Source of the DNA: Syntrophorhabdaceae bacterium
Lineage (GTDB): Bacteria > Desulfobacterota > Deferrimicrobia > Deferrimicrobiales > Deferrimicrobiaceae
Reading direction: 5' to 3'
DNA length: 57,886 bases
Assembly: GCA_009783195.1 (NCBI GenBank)
Contig: WRHP01000005.1
Coordinates: 1-57,886, forward strand
In this document: positions 47,263 through 56,623 of the stretch, piece after piece
Position numbering within the stretch: the stretch's first letter is position 1
Layout of the letters: each line of letters opens with the position of its first letter
Notes under the pieces: model-generated
Database searches by the model: none
Told to the model about the DNA's origin: nothing
What the model saw: the letters and a program-made list of their open reading frames with translations, nothing else
Translations under genes and position numbers: made by a program

Positions 47263-48044
47263 GCAGCCAGAAAAACATCATCATCAAGCAGGTAAAGAAG
47301 AAAGTCGGCGGTGGACACCACGGCGGTTCCTGGAAGGTCGCTTACGCGGATTTTGTCACCGGAATGATGGCGTTTTTCCTGCTGATGTGGCTTCTCTCGT
47401 TAACGGCGTCCGACCCGGAGAAGCGGGCTCAGATGGCAAACTACTTCAACAGTTTCAGCTTGTTTGATCAGGGCAGCATTTCGTTGATGGAAGGATCTGG
47501 CGGTGAATCGGTGATTCTGAAAGAGACCGAGCCCGCGGAAATTAACTTGAGTGATATTTCTCCCGAGGAACTTCATGATAAATTGCGCGACGAGATCCAG
47601 TCCAAGCTTGAAGGACTGGAAGACCAGTTGATGATAGAGGTATTTTCTGGCGGCGTCCGAATCCAGTTGGTGGACAAGGATGGACAGCCGCTGTTTCCGC
47701 TGGGCGGATCCTCGCCCACGCCGCTTGGGAAGAAGATGTTAGGGGCTGTCGCGGAAAGCATAAAAGGTGTTCCCAACAAGATTGCCATCGAAGGGCACAC
47801 CGATGCTTTGAGCTATTCTTCAGGCAAATATACGAATTGGGAGTTGTCGACAGATCGGGCGTCCGCGGCCCGAAAGGAGCTTGAGTTGTCCGGCATAACC
47901 CCTGACCAGCTTGCGATGGTTGCCGGCTATGCGGCTACGTCACCTCTTGTCAAAGATAACCCCAACGACCCGAGGAACCGGAGGATCAGCATAATCATCC
48001 AGTATTCGGGCGGTGAGGACAAGATCGCAAAAACCGGGGAATAA
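47259..48044 (+). CDS. motB: flagellar stator MotB
   Basis: HHGGSWKVAYADFVTGMMAFFL, EGHTDA, NWELS.DRA, NRRISI. Confidence 0.92.
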   Translation: MSSQKNIIIKQVKKKVGGGHHGGSWKVAYADFVTGMMAFFLLMWLLSLTASDPEKRAQMANYFNSFSLFDQGSISLMEGSGGESVILKETEPAEINLSDISPEELHDKLRDEIQSKLEGLEDQLMIEVFSGGVRIQLVDKDGQPLFPLGGSSPTPLGKKMLGAVAESIKGVPNKIAIEGHTDALSYSSGKYTNWELSTDRASAARKELELSGITPDQLAMVAGYAATSPLVKDNPNDPRNRRISIIIQYSGGEDKIAKTGE

Positions 48045-48052
48045 GAGCGCTG

Positions 48053-48478
48053 TTAATGTGTGGAGCCTTGATCCTCTGTGGTAAAACTGGAACACGGGGC
48101 GCATTTTGCGCACTCCCCCATGATGTTTAGGTCGATAGATGTTATTGTTGATGCCATATCCATCTGGTTGAGTTGAAACTGTTCAAAGCCTTGCGGCAGC
48201 GCGATGTCAAAAAGGATGCCGCAGCGTACGCAATGAAAGTGGGCGTGTGGGGCCAAGATGCCGTCAAACCGTGTTGAGCTTCCGTAGCAGGAGTGGATTT
48301 CGCGAACGAGTCCCTGATTTTGCAGGAAGTTAAGGTTTCGGTATACCGTACCCAGACTTATGTTTGGTATGATTTGCCGTGCGTTCTGGTAGATTTTTTC
48401 CGCAGTGGGGTGTTCCCGCGTTTCCTGAAGGATTCCGAGAATCACACCACGTTGACGCGTGTTGCGAGTCTTTTTCAT
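48053..48478 (-). CDS. perR: Fur-family regulator, PerR-like
   Basis: HPTAE, ISLGTVYRNL, RFDG...HAHF.C..CG, G.C.KC; start at ATG 48478 with AAGGAG RBS. Confidence 0.75.
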   Translation of the reverse strand: MKKTRNTRQRGVILGILQETREHPTAEKIYQNARQIIPNISLGTVYRNLNFLQNQGLVREIHSCYGSSTRFDGILAPHAHFHCVRCGILFDIALPQGFEQFQLNQMDMASTITSIDLNIMGECAKCAPCSSFTTEDQGSTH

Positions 48479-48513
48479 GCCACACTCCTTAAATGGTACA
48501 ATGGATATTAGTA

Positions 48514-48541
48514 ATGTTATGTCAGTTGCGTTATTTGTCAA
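48514..48541 (-). promoter_or_regulatory. putative sigma70 promoter of the PerR-like gene
   Basis: TTGACA-N16-TAACAT on the minus strand. Confidence 0.45.
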
Positions 48542-48615
48542 GATTATTGAATAGAAATCCAAAAGTCGTTATAAAAATAGATTTGGCAATCTTTTTGTTA
48601 AAGGAGGCATAATTA

Positions 48616-49344
48616 GTGCTTACCATGGGAATTGTTTTGCCGGTTTTTCCTGCAGCAGCCGGGGGGTTAGACACTCAGGTGTTGCATCATGTAATGCTGG
48701 CCGGGCCAATCGTCAAATTAATTTTGCTTATCCTTATCGTTTTCTCTGTCGTCTCTTGGGCCGTTATTTTCATGAAAATAAAAATGTTTAGCGGTATCAA
48801 CCGGATCCATGATGATTTTGCGCGCGCTTTTGCCGAAGGCAAAGGACTTCCCGCTTTATACGAGCGGGCGCAGAAAGGAAGCAGGGCGCCTATGACCGAA
48901 GTGTTCCGCGCCGGGTATATCGAGCTGACGCGGATTAACAGGGAGCGGGGCGAAATGCCTCCGCCAGGCAGCCGGTTTCCCACCGAGAACGTGACGCGGG
49001 CCATGAACAAGGCGGCGTACGAGCAGATCGGCACGCTGGAGGAATTTCTTCCTTTTCTCGCCACAACGGGCAGCGCTGCTCCGTTCATCGGTCTTTTCGG
49101 CACCGTGTGGGGCATCATGAATGCTTTTTCAGGGATTGCCTCGTCAGGCAGCGCGACGCTTGCGACAGTGGCTCCCGGCATTGCCGAGGCTCTTGTCGCC
49201 ACGGCGATCGGGCTCATGGCGGCTATACCGGCTGTTATCGCGTACAATTATTTCCTGAACCGCATACGCGTAATTCATACGCGGGTAGACGGCTTCACCG
49301 TGGAATTTATCAACTTCCTCGATCGCAAGATTGATAAGGGCTAA
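48616..49344 (+). CDS. tolQ: Tol-Pal protein TolQ
   Basis: LATTGSAAPFIGLFGTVWGIM, VAPGIAEALVATA. Confidence 0.93.
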   Translation: MLTMGIVLPVFPAAAGGLDTQVLHHVMLAGPIVKLILLILIVFSVVSWAVIFMKIKMFSGINRIHDDFARAFAEGKGLPALYERAQKGSRAPMTEVFRAGYIELTRINRERGEMPPPGSRFPTENVTRAMNKAAYEQIGTLEEFLPFLATTGSAAPFIGLFGTVWGIMNAFSGIASSGSATLATVAPGIAEALVATAIGLMAAIPAVIAYNYFLNRIRVIHTRVDGFTVEFINFLDRKIDKG

Positions 49345-49349
49345 ACGCT

Positions 49350-49772
49350 ATGGCCATGACAAGCTTTTCCAGCCGGTCTGGAGCCCGCAGAGAGATGTCG
49401 GACATAAATGTTGTTCCGCTGGTTGACGTAATGCTCGTTCTCCTGATCATCTTTATGGTCACCGCGCCGATGCTTACGCAGGGCGTCGATGTGAATCTCC
49501 CGAAAGCCTCCGCGAAGTCTTTGCGCGGCGACGAAGAACGGCTCGTATTGACGGTGGATGCCAACAGCCGCATTTTTATCGGAAAGCAGCCGGTCGAATT
49601 CAATCGCCTAAGCTCGGTGCTTAAGCAAATCGTTTCTCAACGGACGGACCGCCAGGTGTTCTTCCGCGCTGATCGTTCCGTCCCTTACGGCTTCGTGGTG
49701 AAAGTCATTGCGGAGGTCAGAAATTCCGGGATCGAAAAACTTGGCATGGTCACAGAACCCCTCGAACAGTAG
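49350..49772 (+). CDS. tolR: Tol-Pal protein TolR
   Basis: INVVPLVDVMLVLLIIFMVTAP. Confidence 0.92.
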   Translation: MAMTSFSSRSGARREMSDINVVPLVDVMLVLLIIFMVTAPMLTQGVDVNLPKASAKSLRGDEERLVLTVDANSRIFIGKQPVEFNRLSSVLKQIVSQRTDRQVFFRADRSVPYGFVVKVIAEVRNSGIEKLGMVTEPLEQ

Positions 49773-49787
49773 AGGAATAAAGCGTCG

Positions 49788-50681
49788 TTGAGTCCCTCCG
49801 CCCATCCGCGTTCGCGCATTAAGTGGATGCTGGTCTTGTCCGTGATGTTTCACATCGCTCTCGGGCTTGCTTCCATGGCGGCATCATCGTATCGGCCGTC
49901 CAGGTTTCTTGAGCCGGTCACGGTTGTGGACCTGATCGGCGGCGGCATTCCACAAAGTCCAACGAAGACGGTTGCGCCGCAGGACGCGCCCCCGTTGGCC
50001 CCGAAGACGAAGGCTCCTCCCTCGGAGCCGGCCGGCAAGGACGACCTGCCTGTCAAGAAAGCCAAGGAAAAACAGGCGAAAAAAGAGAAACAGGAGAAAG
50101 AGCCGAAAGCGCCCGCGAAAAATAAAAAGCCGGAGATAGATCTCAACGCGCTGGCCTCGGTGTCGGAGCGGCTTCAAAAGATGCGTGAGGAGCGGGATAG
50201 AGATAATGCGGCTCGTAAGGCGATCGAAGAGCGCCGGAACGCGGCGGCTGCGCGCGAGGCGGTGCGCGGTGTTGGGGAGCGCGCGGTTCACCGGATAGAA
50301 GGCCCCACTGTGCGCGACATGTCTTCGGGATCAGGCGGAGGATACGGCGGAGGCTCGCGCGGGACGGTGCGGGTTTCTCCGGAAATGATGGAGTTTTTCA
50401 GCCGGCTCGAGGAGCGGGTCCGCGAGAGTTGGATACTTCCAGAGGCGCTGGTTCGCGATGCGTCGGGGCTGATGGTTGAGGTGCGAATTACGATAGAAAA
50501 GGATGGGCGGGTGTCTGATACACGGATCGAAAAAGGATCTGGCAATGTCTATTTCGATGAATCGGTAAGGCGCGCCATACGAAAGGCAAGCCCTCTCCCT
50601 ATCCCGCCGGAGCGGCTGCGTGGCGGAGAGGATCATTACGAAGTAGGTTTCCGATTCCACGGAACTGGAGGAAAGGGATGA
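49788..50681 (+). CDS. tolA: TolA/TonB-like protein
   Basis: TM with SxxxH motif, K/P/E-rich linker, C-terminal SGN..FD.S..RAI..ASP.P. Confidence 0.82.
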   Translation: MSPSAHPRSRIKWMLVLSVMFHIALGLASMAASSYRPSRFLEPVTVVDLIGGGIPQSPTKTVAPQDAPPLAPKTKAPPSEPAGKDDLPVKKAKEKQAKKEKQEKEPKAPAKNKKPEIDLNALASVSERLQKMREERDRDNAARKAIEERRNAAAAREAVRGVGERAVHRIEGPTVRDMSSGSGGGYGGGSRGTVRVSPEMMEFFSRLEERVRESWILPEALVRDASGLMVEVRITIEKDGRVSDTRIEKGSGNVYFDESVRRAIRKASPLPIPPERLRGGEDHYEVGFRFHGTGGKG

Positions 50682-51982
50682 TACGACGGATGGCAGGGGC
50701 GGCCGGTGTGCTTGTTTTCGCGCTGCTGCTCCCTTCCGTAGCGTGCGCGCTTATGTACATTAACATCAACGCGCCGGGCGGCAAGCGGATGCCGCTGGCT
50801 ATAAGCGATTTTGTGGTGGTTTCCGGTCCTCCGGAATTTTCCAGGGAAATACCGAAAATCATAGAGTCCGACCTCGGGATGACCGATCTGTTCGAACTGA
50901 TTCCCGCCGACGTACAACTCGAGAAGATTATCCCCGCGCACTTTTCAGGGCGTCGGCTCGATTTCGGCTCATGGAAGATGATAGGCGCCGACTCGGTGGT
51001 CATAGGCAAGGTGGAATCGCGGGGAGACCAGGTTTCCGTGGAGATGCTTATCTTTGATGTAACGCAAGGGGTGTTCATTACGGGAAAACGGTACTCCGCC
51101 GATCCAAAGCAGATAACCCGGCTTGGCCACCGATTGGCAAACGACATCGTTTTGGCATTCACAGGCATCAAAGGCGTTTTTGGCACAGATATCGCTTTCA
51201 CCGCGCGCAACGGCCGGGCGAAAGAGGTCTTTCTGGTAGGCATGGACGGCCGCAACCTCCGGAGAGTTACAAGCAATCGCAGCTTCAATCTGTTCCCGCG
51301 CTGGTCTCCAGACGGCAACTGGTTGTCGTTTACTTCTTTTCGCACCGGCGTTCCGATCATCTATTTGAGGAACCTTTGGACCGGAGTGGAGAAGGAAATA
51401 GTCCGAAACGGCGGCACGAAAGCGCCCGGAAGCTTTTCGCCGGACGGCAACTGGCTTTATTACTCGGTTAGTTTCAGCGGCAACTCCGACATTCTGCGAA
51501 ACCGGGTGGTGGGCGGCGAGACAGAGAAGGTGGCAACCGGATGGGGGCTTGAAGTATCTCCCTCTGTATCGCCCGACGGGAAGCGACTTGCCTTTGTCTC
51601 GGATCGTAGCGGTTCTCCACAGATATATGTCAAAGAAATAGGAACGTCGGAGGAGCGACGGATATCCCAGAGCGGCAGGTACGCCACTTCGCCGTCCTGG
51701 TCCCCGACCGGCAGCCGGATCGCCTATACCATGAGAGCAGGCGGACGTTTTGCCATTTACGTGGTGAATCCGGACGGTTCGGACAACCGGCTTGTCGTTT
51801 CCGCGCCCGACGCCGACTGCGAAGATCCTTCGTTCTCTCCGGATGGGCGTCAATTGGTTTACACATTCCGAAAAAAGGGTTACTCTGGCCTCAAAATCGT
51901 CTCTTTGGATGGCAGACGAGAACGGACTCTGATATCTGGAATGGAAGATGCGGGGTCTCCTGCATGGTCTCCGGCTCGCTAA
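50678..51982 (+). CDS. tolB: Tol-Pal beta-propeller protein TolB
   Basis: TolB_N domain followed by PD40 repeats (P.WSPDG). Confidence 0.92.
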   Translation: MIRRMAGAAGVLVFALLLPSVACALMYININAPGGKRMPLAISDFVVVSGPPEFSREIPKIIESDLGMTDLFELIPADVQLEKIIPAHFSGRRLDFGSWKMIGADSVVIGKVESRGDQVSVEMLIFDVTQGVFITGKRYSADPKQITRLGHRLANDIVLAFTGIKGVFGTDIAFTARNGRAKEVFLVGMDGRNLRRVTSNRSFNLFPRWSPDGNWLSFTSFRTGVPIIYLRNLWTGVEKEIVRNGGTKAPGSFSPDGNWLYYSVSFSGNSDILRNRVVGGETEKVATGWGLEVSPSVSPDGKRLAFVSDRSGSPQIYVKEIGTSEERRISQSGRYATSPSWSPTGSRIAYTMRAGGRFAIYVVNPDGSDNRLVVSAPDADCEDPSFSPDGRQLVYTFRKKGYSGLKIVSLDGRRERTLISGMEDAGSPAWSPAR

Positions 51983-52031
51983 CACAAGCGTTTGAAATAC
52001 TACCTGGCAGATATTTTAGGAGGATGAATCT

Positions 52032-52586
52032 ATGTGTAACAACTCATGGAAATGGGTAGCCGTTGTAGTGCTTGTTCTGGCTGTTTCATTGACGGGATGC
52101 GCCAAGAAGCAAACCGTGAAATCAGATGTCGATCCCGGCTCCGCTCCCGCTGTTACGGAAGAAGCCTACGTGCCGCAGCCCGTTGAACAGCAGCCTGTGG
52201 AAGCGACGACCCCTGTCGATGCCGACCCCGGCGTGGCGGTTACCGAGGAGCAGGTTTCTTCTTTTGCCGACGTGCTGTTTGATTTCGACCGGTTCGACCT
52301 GACCGAGCCCGGAAAGAAGATATGCCAGGATGTGGCGGCGTACATGCGGAAAAATTCAGGCGCGAAGCTTTTGATCGAAGGACATTGTGACATCAGAGGC
52401 ACGGCGGAATACAACATGGCTCTCGGGGACCGGCGCGCGGCGTCTGTGCAAAATTACCTCGTTTCGCTTGGCATTCCCGCTGCCGCTCTTTCCACAACGA
52501 GCTATGGCAAAGAACGGCCGCTGGATTCGGACGCAAACGATGCGGCGCACGCGAAAAATCGCCGCGCCCATTTTGTGCTGAAGTAA
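52032..52586 (+). CDS. pal: peptidoglycan-associated lipoprotein Pal
   Basis: Lipobox LTGC, FDFD, EGHCD.RGT.EYN.ALG.RRA, SYGKERP. Confidence 0.94.
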   Translation: MCNNSWKWVAVVVLVLAVSLTGCAKKQTVKSDVDPGSAPAVTEEAYVPQPVEQQPVEATTPVDADPGVAVTEEQVSSFADVLFDFDRFDLTEPGKKICQDVAAYMRKNSGAKLLIEGHCDIRGTAEYNMALGDRRAASVQNYLVSLGIPAAALSTTSYGKERPLDSDANDAAHAKNRRAHFVLK

Positions 52587-52605
52587 ATTTTTTAAGGTCA
52601 CGATC

Positions 52606-53418
52606 ATGCGCAACGCGATCCGATTTCTGTTTCTTGGTTTTCTTGCCGCTTTGGCAATGGGTTGCGCGGTGGCTGACACCGGCGCTTTTGGCCGGCTCAG
52701 CGACGAAGTGGGGGGGTTGCGTAAAGACGTGAACACCCTCAAGGCGACTTCGTACGCTTCTCCGGCCGGAATGCAGGAGATCCCGGGGCTGCGAAGAACC
52801 GTTGCGGATCTGGGAAACGACTCAGACCGGTTGCGGTCCGATCAGCTCGCCATGAACTCGCGACTTGACGAGATTCAGGCGGAGATGGAACGGACAGTCC
52901 GAGAAAATCGCCGCATGTCCGATCGTGTACAAGAACTTGAGAAACGAATAATCGCAATGGAAAGCGGCAGACAGGCGGGAGCGGATTCCAGGCTTCCGCC
53001 TGACGCCGCTTCAGGATCTTTGAACGTTGGCTCGGACGAATGGAAGAGTCCGGAAGAGATGTACGAATATGCCGTGGGGCAGGTGAGAGCCGGCAGTCCA
53101 AAGAAGGGCCGCGAGGTTATAACCGCTTTCGCGGCGCAGTACCCGGATCACAAGCTTTTGCCAAACGCCTTGTACTGGAAGGGAGAGTCCTACTACTCGG
53201 AGAAGGATTACGAAAACGCCATCCTGTCTTTCCAGGATGTGGTTGACAAATACCCCGATGCGGACAAGGCGTCAGATGCGATCTACAAGCAGGGATTATC
53301 GTTCATGTCGCTCAAGGATGGTAAGAACGCAAAGATCCTGTTTAATCTGGTTGTGACGAAATACCCCAACTCCAGCGCGGCCGCGCTGGCTAAAAAGCAG
53401 TTGAGCCAGATCAAATAG
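52606..53418 (+). CDS. cpoB: cell division coordinator CpoB/YbgF
   Basis: Coiled coil plus TPRs (NALYW.GE.YY, K..DA.YK.G); follows pal. Confidence 0.88.
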   Translation: MRNAIRFLFLGFLAALAMGCAVADTGAFGRLSDEVGGLRKDVNTLKATSYASPAGMQEIPGLRRTVADLGNDSDRLRSDQLAMNSRLDEIQAEMERTVRENRRMSDRVQELEKRIIAMESGRQAGADSRLPPDAASGSLNVGSDEWKSPEEMYEYAVGQVRAGSPKKGREVITAFAAQYPDHKLLPNALYWKGESYYSEKDYENAILSFQDVVDKYPDADKASDAIYKQGLSFMSLKDGKNAKILFNLVVTKYPNSSAAALAKKQLSQIK

Positions 53419-53501
53419 AACTTTTTTGAGCCTGCAGTTGGCAAACTGTAAGTTTTTAGGCAGCGGTTTTTCGCTTTGACAACCTGAAGGGAGAAAGAAT
53501 C

Positions 53502-53834
53502 ATGTCGGATTCTGATGTCGAAAAAAACAAGGCAATGGCGATTATTGGTTACATCGTTCCGATTCTGTTTTTCATCCCGCTGGTTACCGATGGAAAGAAC
53601 AGCCCCTTCGCCAAGTTTCACGCTAATCAGCAACTACTTCTTTTTATTTGTTACATAGCAATAGGTATTGCCATCAATATTCTCTTTGGCATCATTCGGC
53701 TTTACCTTATCTTTTCCCTCGGCCATCTTTGCTCTTTGGGCTTGTTTGTATTGGCAATAGTGTGGGCCATCAGCGCCTCGCGCGGCGAGATGAAGCCGCT
53801 GCCGGTTATCGGCGGTATCGAAATTATCAAATAG
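53502..53834 (+). CDS. DUF4870-like small membrane protein
   Basis: DVEKNK.MA...Y, SPFAKFHANQ, GE.K.LP.IG. Confidence 0.75.
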   Translation: MSDSDVEKNKAMAIIGYIVPILFFIPLVTDGKNSPFAKFHANQQLLLFICYIAIGIAINILFGIIRLYLIFSLGHLCSLGLFVLAIVWAISASRGEMKPLPVIGGIEIIK

Positions 53835-53848
53835 GCGAGGCCGTTCCG

Positions 53849-53879
53849 CGAACGCCGCGGTTTGGGTTTGCGGCGTTCG
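53849..53879. other. stem-loop between the DUF4870 gene and tsaD
   Basis: CGAACGCCGCG...TGCGGCGTTCG, an 11-bp stem without a clear U tract. Confidence 0.45.
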
Positions 53880-53898
53880 TTCGTGGTAATGTGTTCCG

Positions 53899-54900
53899 AT
53901 GCGTGTTCTTGGTATCGAAAGTTCCTGCGATGAAACCGCCGCCGCTGTCTATGATCGAAGCGTAGGGTTGCTTTCAAACGTGGTGTCTTCACAGGTTGCC
54001 GTGCATGAGGTCTACGGCGGCGTGGTTCCGGAGCTGGCTTCGCGCGAGCATCTGAAATCCGTCGTGCCGGTGGTCGAGAAGGCGCTCTCCGACGCTTCAT
54101 GTGGATATGCGGACATCGACGGGATCGCCGTTACCGCTGGGCCGGGGCTGATAGGGTCTTTGCTGGTGGGCTTGTGTTTTGCCAAATCGCTTTCCTTTTC
54201 CTGGGGCAGGCCGGTCTACGGCGCCGATCACTTGGAGAGCCATATTTTTGCTGCTTTCCTGGAGAACCAGGTTGAATTTCCTTACATCGCGCTTTTGGTT
54301 TCCGGCGGCCACACTTCCTTGTTCCGCGTACAGGGCTGGAACGATGTGCGGCAGCTTGGCGGCACCCTCGACGACGCGGCGGGAGAGGCGTTTGACAAGG
54401 CGGCCAAGATGATGGGGCTTGGTTATCCGGGGGGCGTTGTCATAGATCGGCTGGCCGGAAGCGGAGATCCGCGGCGGTACTCATTTCCACGCGCCCGGCT
54501 CGCCGCCGGCTCTGCGGATTTTTCTTTCTCCGGGTTAAAGACGGCGTTGCGGACTTTTCTTGTTTCCAACGAGGGCGGATCGGCCAGGATGGAGGATATC
54601 GCGGCGTCGTTTCAGGAGGCTATCGCCGATGTTCTCGTCACGAAGGCGATCGAAGCCGCGCGTCGGGAGAATATAGGAAGGCTTGTTCTCTCCGGCGGCG
54701 TCTCCGCGAACTCCCGTCTTCGGGCATTGGCGGTTTCGCTTGGCGCGGCGGCGGGTGTGGATGTGTCGCTTCCTTCGAAGGCGCTTTGCACTGACAACGC
54801 CGCCATGGTGGCGCTGCTCGGGGAGCGCCGGATGTCCGAGGGAATATTTTCCGGGCCGGAGCTTAACGCCTATGCCGCTTCCAGGTTTTCCCGCGGATAA
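53899..54900 (+). CDS. tsaD: tRNA N6-adenosine threonylcarbamoyltransferase TsaD
   Basis: LGIESSCDET, GGVVPELASR.H, HLESH, SGGHT, CTDNAAM. Confidence 0.96.
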   Translation: MRVLGIESSCDETAAAVYDRSVGLLSNVVSSQVAVHEVYGGVVPELASREHLKSVVPVVEKALSDASCGYADIDGIAVTAGPGLIGSLLVGLCFAKSLSFSWGRPVYGADHLESHIFAAFLENQVEFPYIALLVSGGHTSLFRVQGWNDVRQLGGTLDDAAGEAFDKAAKMMGLGYPGGVVIDRLAGSGDPRRYSFPRARLAAGSADFSFSGLKTALRTFLVSNEGGSARMEDIAASFQEAIADVLVTKAIEAARRENIGRLVLSGGVSANSRLRALAVSLGAAAGVDVSLPSKALCTDNAAMVALLGERRMSEGIFSGPELNAYAASRFSRG

Positions 54901-55723
54901 TCCTCGCCGGACGCTGGCGTCGCTTAATCTTTCCGCGCGCAAATCGCTTGGACAGAACTTTCTGCACGATAAAAACATCATCGGCAAGATAGTTGCCCTT
55001 GCGCGTTCTTTTTCGCCCCCGTACCTTGAGATAGGGCCGGGGCTTGGGGCGTTGACCCGCCCGCTGGCGGAAACGGGCGCGCCAGTTGTCGCCGTCGAGG
55101 TGGACCGTGGTTTGGCGGCTTACTTGCGGGATGAGTTTTCTGGCGGCGCGGTCGAAATCGTCGAGGCGGATTTTCTTTCCTTCCCCGGCGAGGAATGGAA
55201 AAAGCGCTTTCCTCATGGGGGAACGGCGGTCGGGAATCTTCCGTATTCAATCTCCTCGCTTGCGATTTTGCGACTGATCGAGCTAAGGGAATTCTTCCCG
55301 AAGGCGGTTTTGATGCTGCAAAAAGAAATGGTGGAACGGCTTTGCGCTCCTCCCGGCTGCAAGGATTACGGTATTTTGTCGGTATATCTGTCGGTGCTGT
55401 CGGAGACAAATAAGGAGTTCTCCATTCAGAGAGGCAGCTTTTACCCATCGCCTGATGTCGATTCGGCGGTCATTACCATACGCTTTTTCGGAGATTTTCC
55501 TGATGATCTGCTGCGCTCCTTGCAGACCGTGGTCCGCGCCGGATTTGCCCGCCGCCGTAAAATGCTGCGCAATGCTCCTGTTCCGTTTATGCCGGGGGGG
55601 GCGAAGCAGTGGTGCGAAATGCTTTGGTCCGAGGGGATCGACCCTTCGGCGCGAGCGGAGGAAGTGCCGCCCGCGTCATGGCTGGCGCTGGCCCGGCGGC
55701 GCCTTCTCCCTGCAAGCTTATAG
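54872..55723 (+). CDS. rsmA: 16S rRNA dimethyltransferase RsmA/KsgA
   Basis: KSLGQNFL, EIGPGLGALT, GNLPYSI, MLQKE, RRKML; start moved to ATG 54872. Confidence 0.93.
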   Translation: MPLPGFPADNPRRTLASLNLSARKSLGQNFLHDKNIIGKIVALARSFSPPYLEIGPGLGALTRPLAETGAPVVAVEVDRGLAAYLRDEFSGGAVEIVEADFLSFPGEEWKKRFPHGGTAVGNLPYSISSLAILRLIELREFFPKAVLMLQKEMVERLCAPPGCKDYGILSVYLSVLSETNKEFSIQRGSFYPSPDVDSAVITIRFFGDFPDDLLRSLQTVVRAGFARRRKMLRNAPVPFMPGGAKQWCEMLWSEGIDPSARAEEVPPASWLALARRRLLPASL

Positions 55724-55786
55724 GGCTTGAAAGCGGTTTGAAATGTAGTGGAAAAACGGTTTGTTCCCGCATACAATTACCCCGAA

Positions 55787-56437
55787 ATGGCCGAACAGAA
55801 GATCCCTCGTTATATTGCGATTGAAGGGCCTATCGGGGTGGGAAAGTCCTCCCTCGCCAAGCTTCTCTCTCAGAAATTCGACTCTCGTCTCATACGGGAA
55901 GAAGTCGCCAATAACCCGTTCATGGAGCGGTTTTACGAAAGTCCCAAGAAATACGCCTTCCAGACTCAGCTTTTTTTCCTTTTGTCGCGCTACCGCCAGC
56001 AGAGGGAACTGGCGCAAGGCGATCTGTTCCAGGAAGGGATTGTTTGCGACTACATCATGGCAAAGGACAAGATCTTTGCCCTCATCAATCTCGAAGAAGA
56101 CGAGATAATGCTTTACGAGTCGATATACAAGCTGCTCGTGCCCACGCTGGCCAAGCCCGACCTGGTCATCTACCTCCAGGCGCGTTCAGAGGTGCTGCTG
56201 TCGCGTGTTCGCAAGCGTGGTGTTGATTATGAACGGAACATTTCGCTGGATTACCTGAAAACCTTGAGTGATGCTTATAACGAATATTTTTTCCACTATA
56301 ATGAAACTCCGTTACTGATTGTGAACACGAGCGAGATTGATTTTGTGGAAAGCTCCCGCGACCTTGAACATCTCATAAAGGAAGTCAAGAGTGTGAAACG
56401 CGGGGTGCAGCACTACATACCGCTGGGATCTAGATAG
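55787..56437 (+). CDS. deoxynucleoside kinase
   Basis: YIAIEGPIGVGKSSL, TQLFFLLSR, PDLVIYLQA. Confidence 0.9.
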   Translation: MAEQKIPRYIAIEGPIGVGKSSLAKLLSQKFDSRLIREEVANNPFMERFYESPKKYAFQTQLFFLLSRYRQQRELAQGDLFQEGIVCDYIMAKDKIFALINLEEDEIMLYESIYKLLVPTLAKPDLVIYLQARSEVLLSRVRKRGVDYERNISLDYLKTLSDAYNEYFFHYNETPLLIVNTSEIDFVESSRDLEHLIKEVKSVKRGVQHYIPLGSR

Positions 56438-56565
56438 GACCGGACCAAGACGGAAAGCCGTTTTTTGTGGCGTGGGCTTTGGGGCATGCTTTTCCCGGAC
56501 TGCCGGGAAGCCTGTCGGCTCTGTCTTTTTAAGGCCTTCCGGAACTGGTTTTCGGGAGGCCTTTT
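56438..56565 (+). promoter_or_regulatory. structured panB leader with terminator-like hairpin (candidate pan RNA motif/attenuator)
   Basis: Hairpins ACGG-AAAG-CCGT+T5, TTCCCGG-ACTG-CCGGGAA and AAGGCCTTCCGGA...TTCGGGAGGCCTT+TT upstream of panB. Confidence 0.4.
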
Positions 56566-56623
56566 GAATTTTCAAGAACGCCGGCACCTGTTTTTCAAAG
56601 GGTTGGACGAAAGGAGAAAAGCA

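Noticed and set aside
48507-48525. Per/Fur box upstream of the PerR-like gene
   Set aside because: Only a half-site (TAGTAAT) is visible; no convincing palindrome.
48584-48599. sigma54-like TGGCAA-N5-TTGTT before tolQ
   Set aside because: It lacks the -12 GC, and the implied TSS would fall past the RBS.
54683-56623. Extended N-termini in the ORF track for rsmA, the kinase and panB (also csrA, flgM, fliP, fliT-like)
   Set aside because: The extensions overlap upstream genes or leaders; downstream starts have an RBS and/or match family N-termini.
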